Shown piece after piece: positions 62,971 through 64,000 of a stretch of DNA of 64,000 nt. Location: contig JAAOMT010000054.1 in assembly GCA_016748015.1 (NCBI GenBank), positions 124,001 through 188,000 on the forward strand. Reading direction: 5' to 3'. Every line of letters starts with the position of its first letter. The first letter of the stretch is position 1. The translations under genes and the position numbers were made by a program. This DNA comes from Geosiphon pyriformis uo1. Lineage: Eukaryota; Fungi; Glomeromycota. Under the pieces are notes generated by a model. The model saw only the letters and a list, made by a program, of their open reading frames with translations, was not told the origin of the DNA and did not search any database.

Positions 62971-64000
62971 TTTATTTATTTTTTTTTTGTTAATGTGTAG
63001 CCACACTGGTCGTTTATTAGTTAAGTCCATAGTAATGTGGTGGTTTCATAAAGCCAGCTCACCCAATAATACAAAAATCACAAGATATGGCTAACCACAG
63101 GTGGAAAGCCTTAACTATACACTAGTACTACCTTTGCTACTTAATGTATCAAACATTTCTAATTCATACATTTTACCCATAATGCTGACAAGTTTATGAC
63201 TATCTTTAACCATATCACTCATCCACTTAGCAGTTTGGTCAGGACTGGATTTGATTCTGGAAGGCTGATCTTCCCATAGGTGTATCATAACATCAAAGAT
63301 ATTATCATAAACTGAAAAGTCTTTATCATCATCATCATCATTATTATCAATATCATCAACCATGTCATCAACTTCTGGTCTGTTCTCTAAACAGATCCGT
63401 TTACATATTTTTTCAAGACATGTCAATCTTTTCTGTATCACAGTGGCAACAGCAGCCAAGCCTTTATTTTGCTTAGCCAACTCCTCCACAAACTCCTTAA
63501 CTGACACATCCACAGCAGGTGGAGTAGACAGCAATTTGGTAACCAATGTAACCAGAGAATTGACAGGTTCAACTAAGAATTTTATTAACACAGAAAGTTT
63601 ACTAAGATGGAATTCTAGAGAAGCCAACTTAGATTCAACAGCAGAATTGGGAGCAGAAGGAACAGCAGGCAACATGGATGTTGTAGTTTCAGGAGGACTA
63701 CCAAGATCTAAGTCCATATCAGCAGCAGCAGCACCAGGGGGAACCACAAAAGCAGCAGCCTTGGCATAAGATTTAGATCCAGCAAATGAAGATTTGAAGA
63801 TTTTGGGACCACCAGAAGTGTTGGAAGAAGTTTTGAGAGGAAGAAGAAGTAACCTCTTGTAGTCCACAGCCAAATGATTCAAGTCTTGACATTTATAGCA
63901 ACAGCAACATCCAGGGGTTTCCCACCAGATGTGGCAATCATGCAAGGTACCAGTTTTTGACACAGCAACATTCAGAGATTCCAAGAAATCAAAAGTAACC
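62971..64000 (-). mobile_element. L-B copy 3, 3' part with poly(A) tail
   Basis: Poly(T) at 62971-62988. 3' UTR nearly identical to L-B2. ORF 63115-63984(-) with a CCHC knuckle. Confidence 0.9.

Noticed and set aside
1-64000. Alternative genetic code or stop readthrough to explain the many stops
   Set aside because: Most stops are copy-specific and map to TGG/CAA/CAG/CGA in sister copies, i.e. mutational decay.

Overview
No host gene can be supported in this window. All 64 kb is a nested stack of decayed eukaryotic transposons, most likely fungal: it is AT-rich, CpG-poor and full of C>T/G>A stop codons. From memory the protein style resembles Glomeromycota/Geosiphon-type repeats, which I cannot verify here. 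Contents: (i) seven Ty3/Gypsy-type LTR elements in three families. Family A has four copies: A1 1016-8777 (+), A4 9142-23065 (-, partial), A2 48688-57769 (+), A3 58279-62970 (-, continues off-window). Family B has two: B1 11551-21666 and B2 34985-45058. Family C has one, 23066-~33835. All have TGTT..AACA-type ends; 4-bp TSDs are seen wherever both flanks are visible, and a shared PBS matches elongator tRNA-Met. (ii) Two copies of an APE-RT LINE (L-A). (iii) Three copies of a ~2.45-kb poly(A)-tailed element carrying only an ORF1-like gene (L-B). (iv) One Tc1-family DNA transposon. Inferred nesting: L-A1[A1][A4[L-B1][B1][C[L-B2][L-A2[B2][A2[Tc1]][A3[L-B3]]]]]. Most unusual points: Pol stops after RNase H and integrase is a separate ATG-initiated ORF, followed by a conserved ORF3; U5 carries boxes complementary to the anticodon arm of the primer tRNA; families B and C carry Cys-rich and dUTPase modules between PR and RT; family A has a UUUAAAC -1 frameshift preceded by a duplicate of its PPT; and the ORF1-only (HAL1-like) retroposon twice lands at the same spot in Gypsy protease genes. 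All calls come from reading the sequence by eye. No searches were run.
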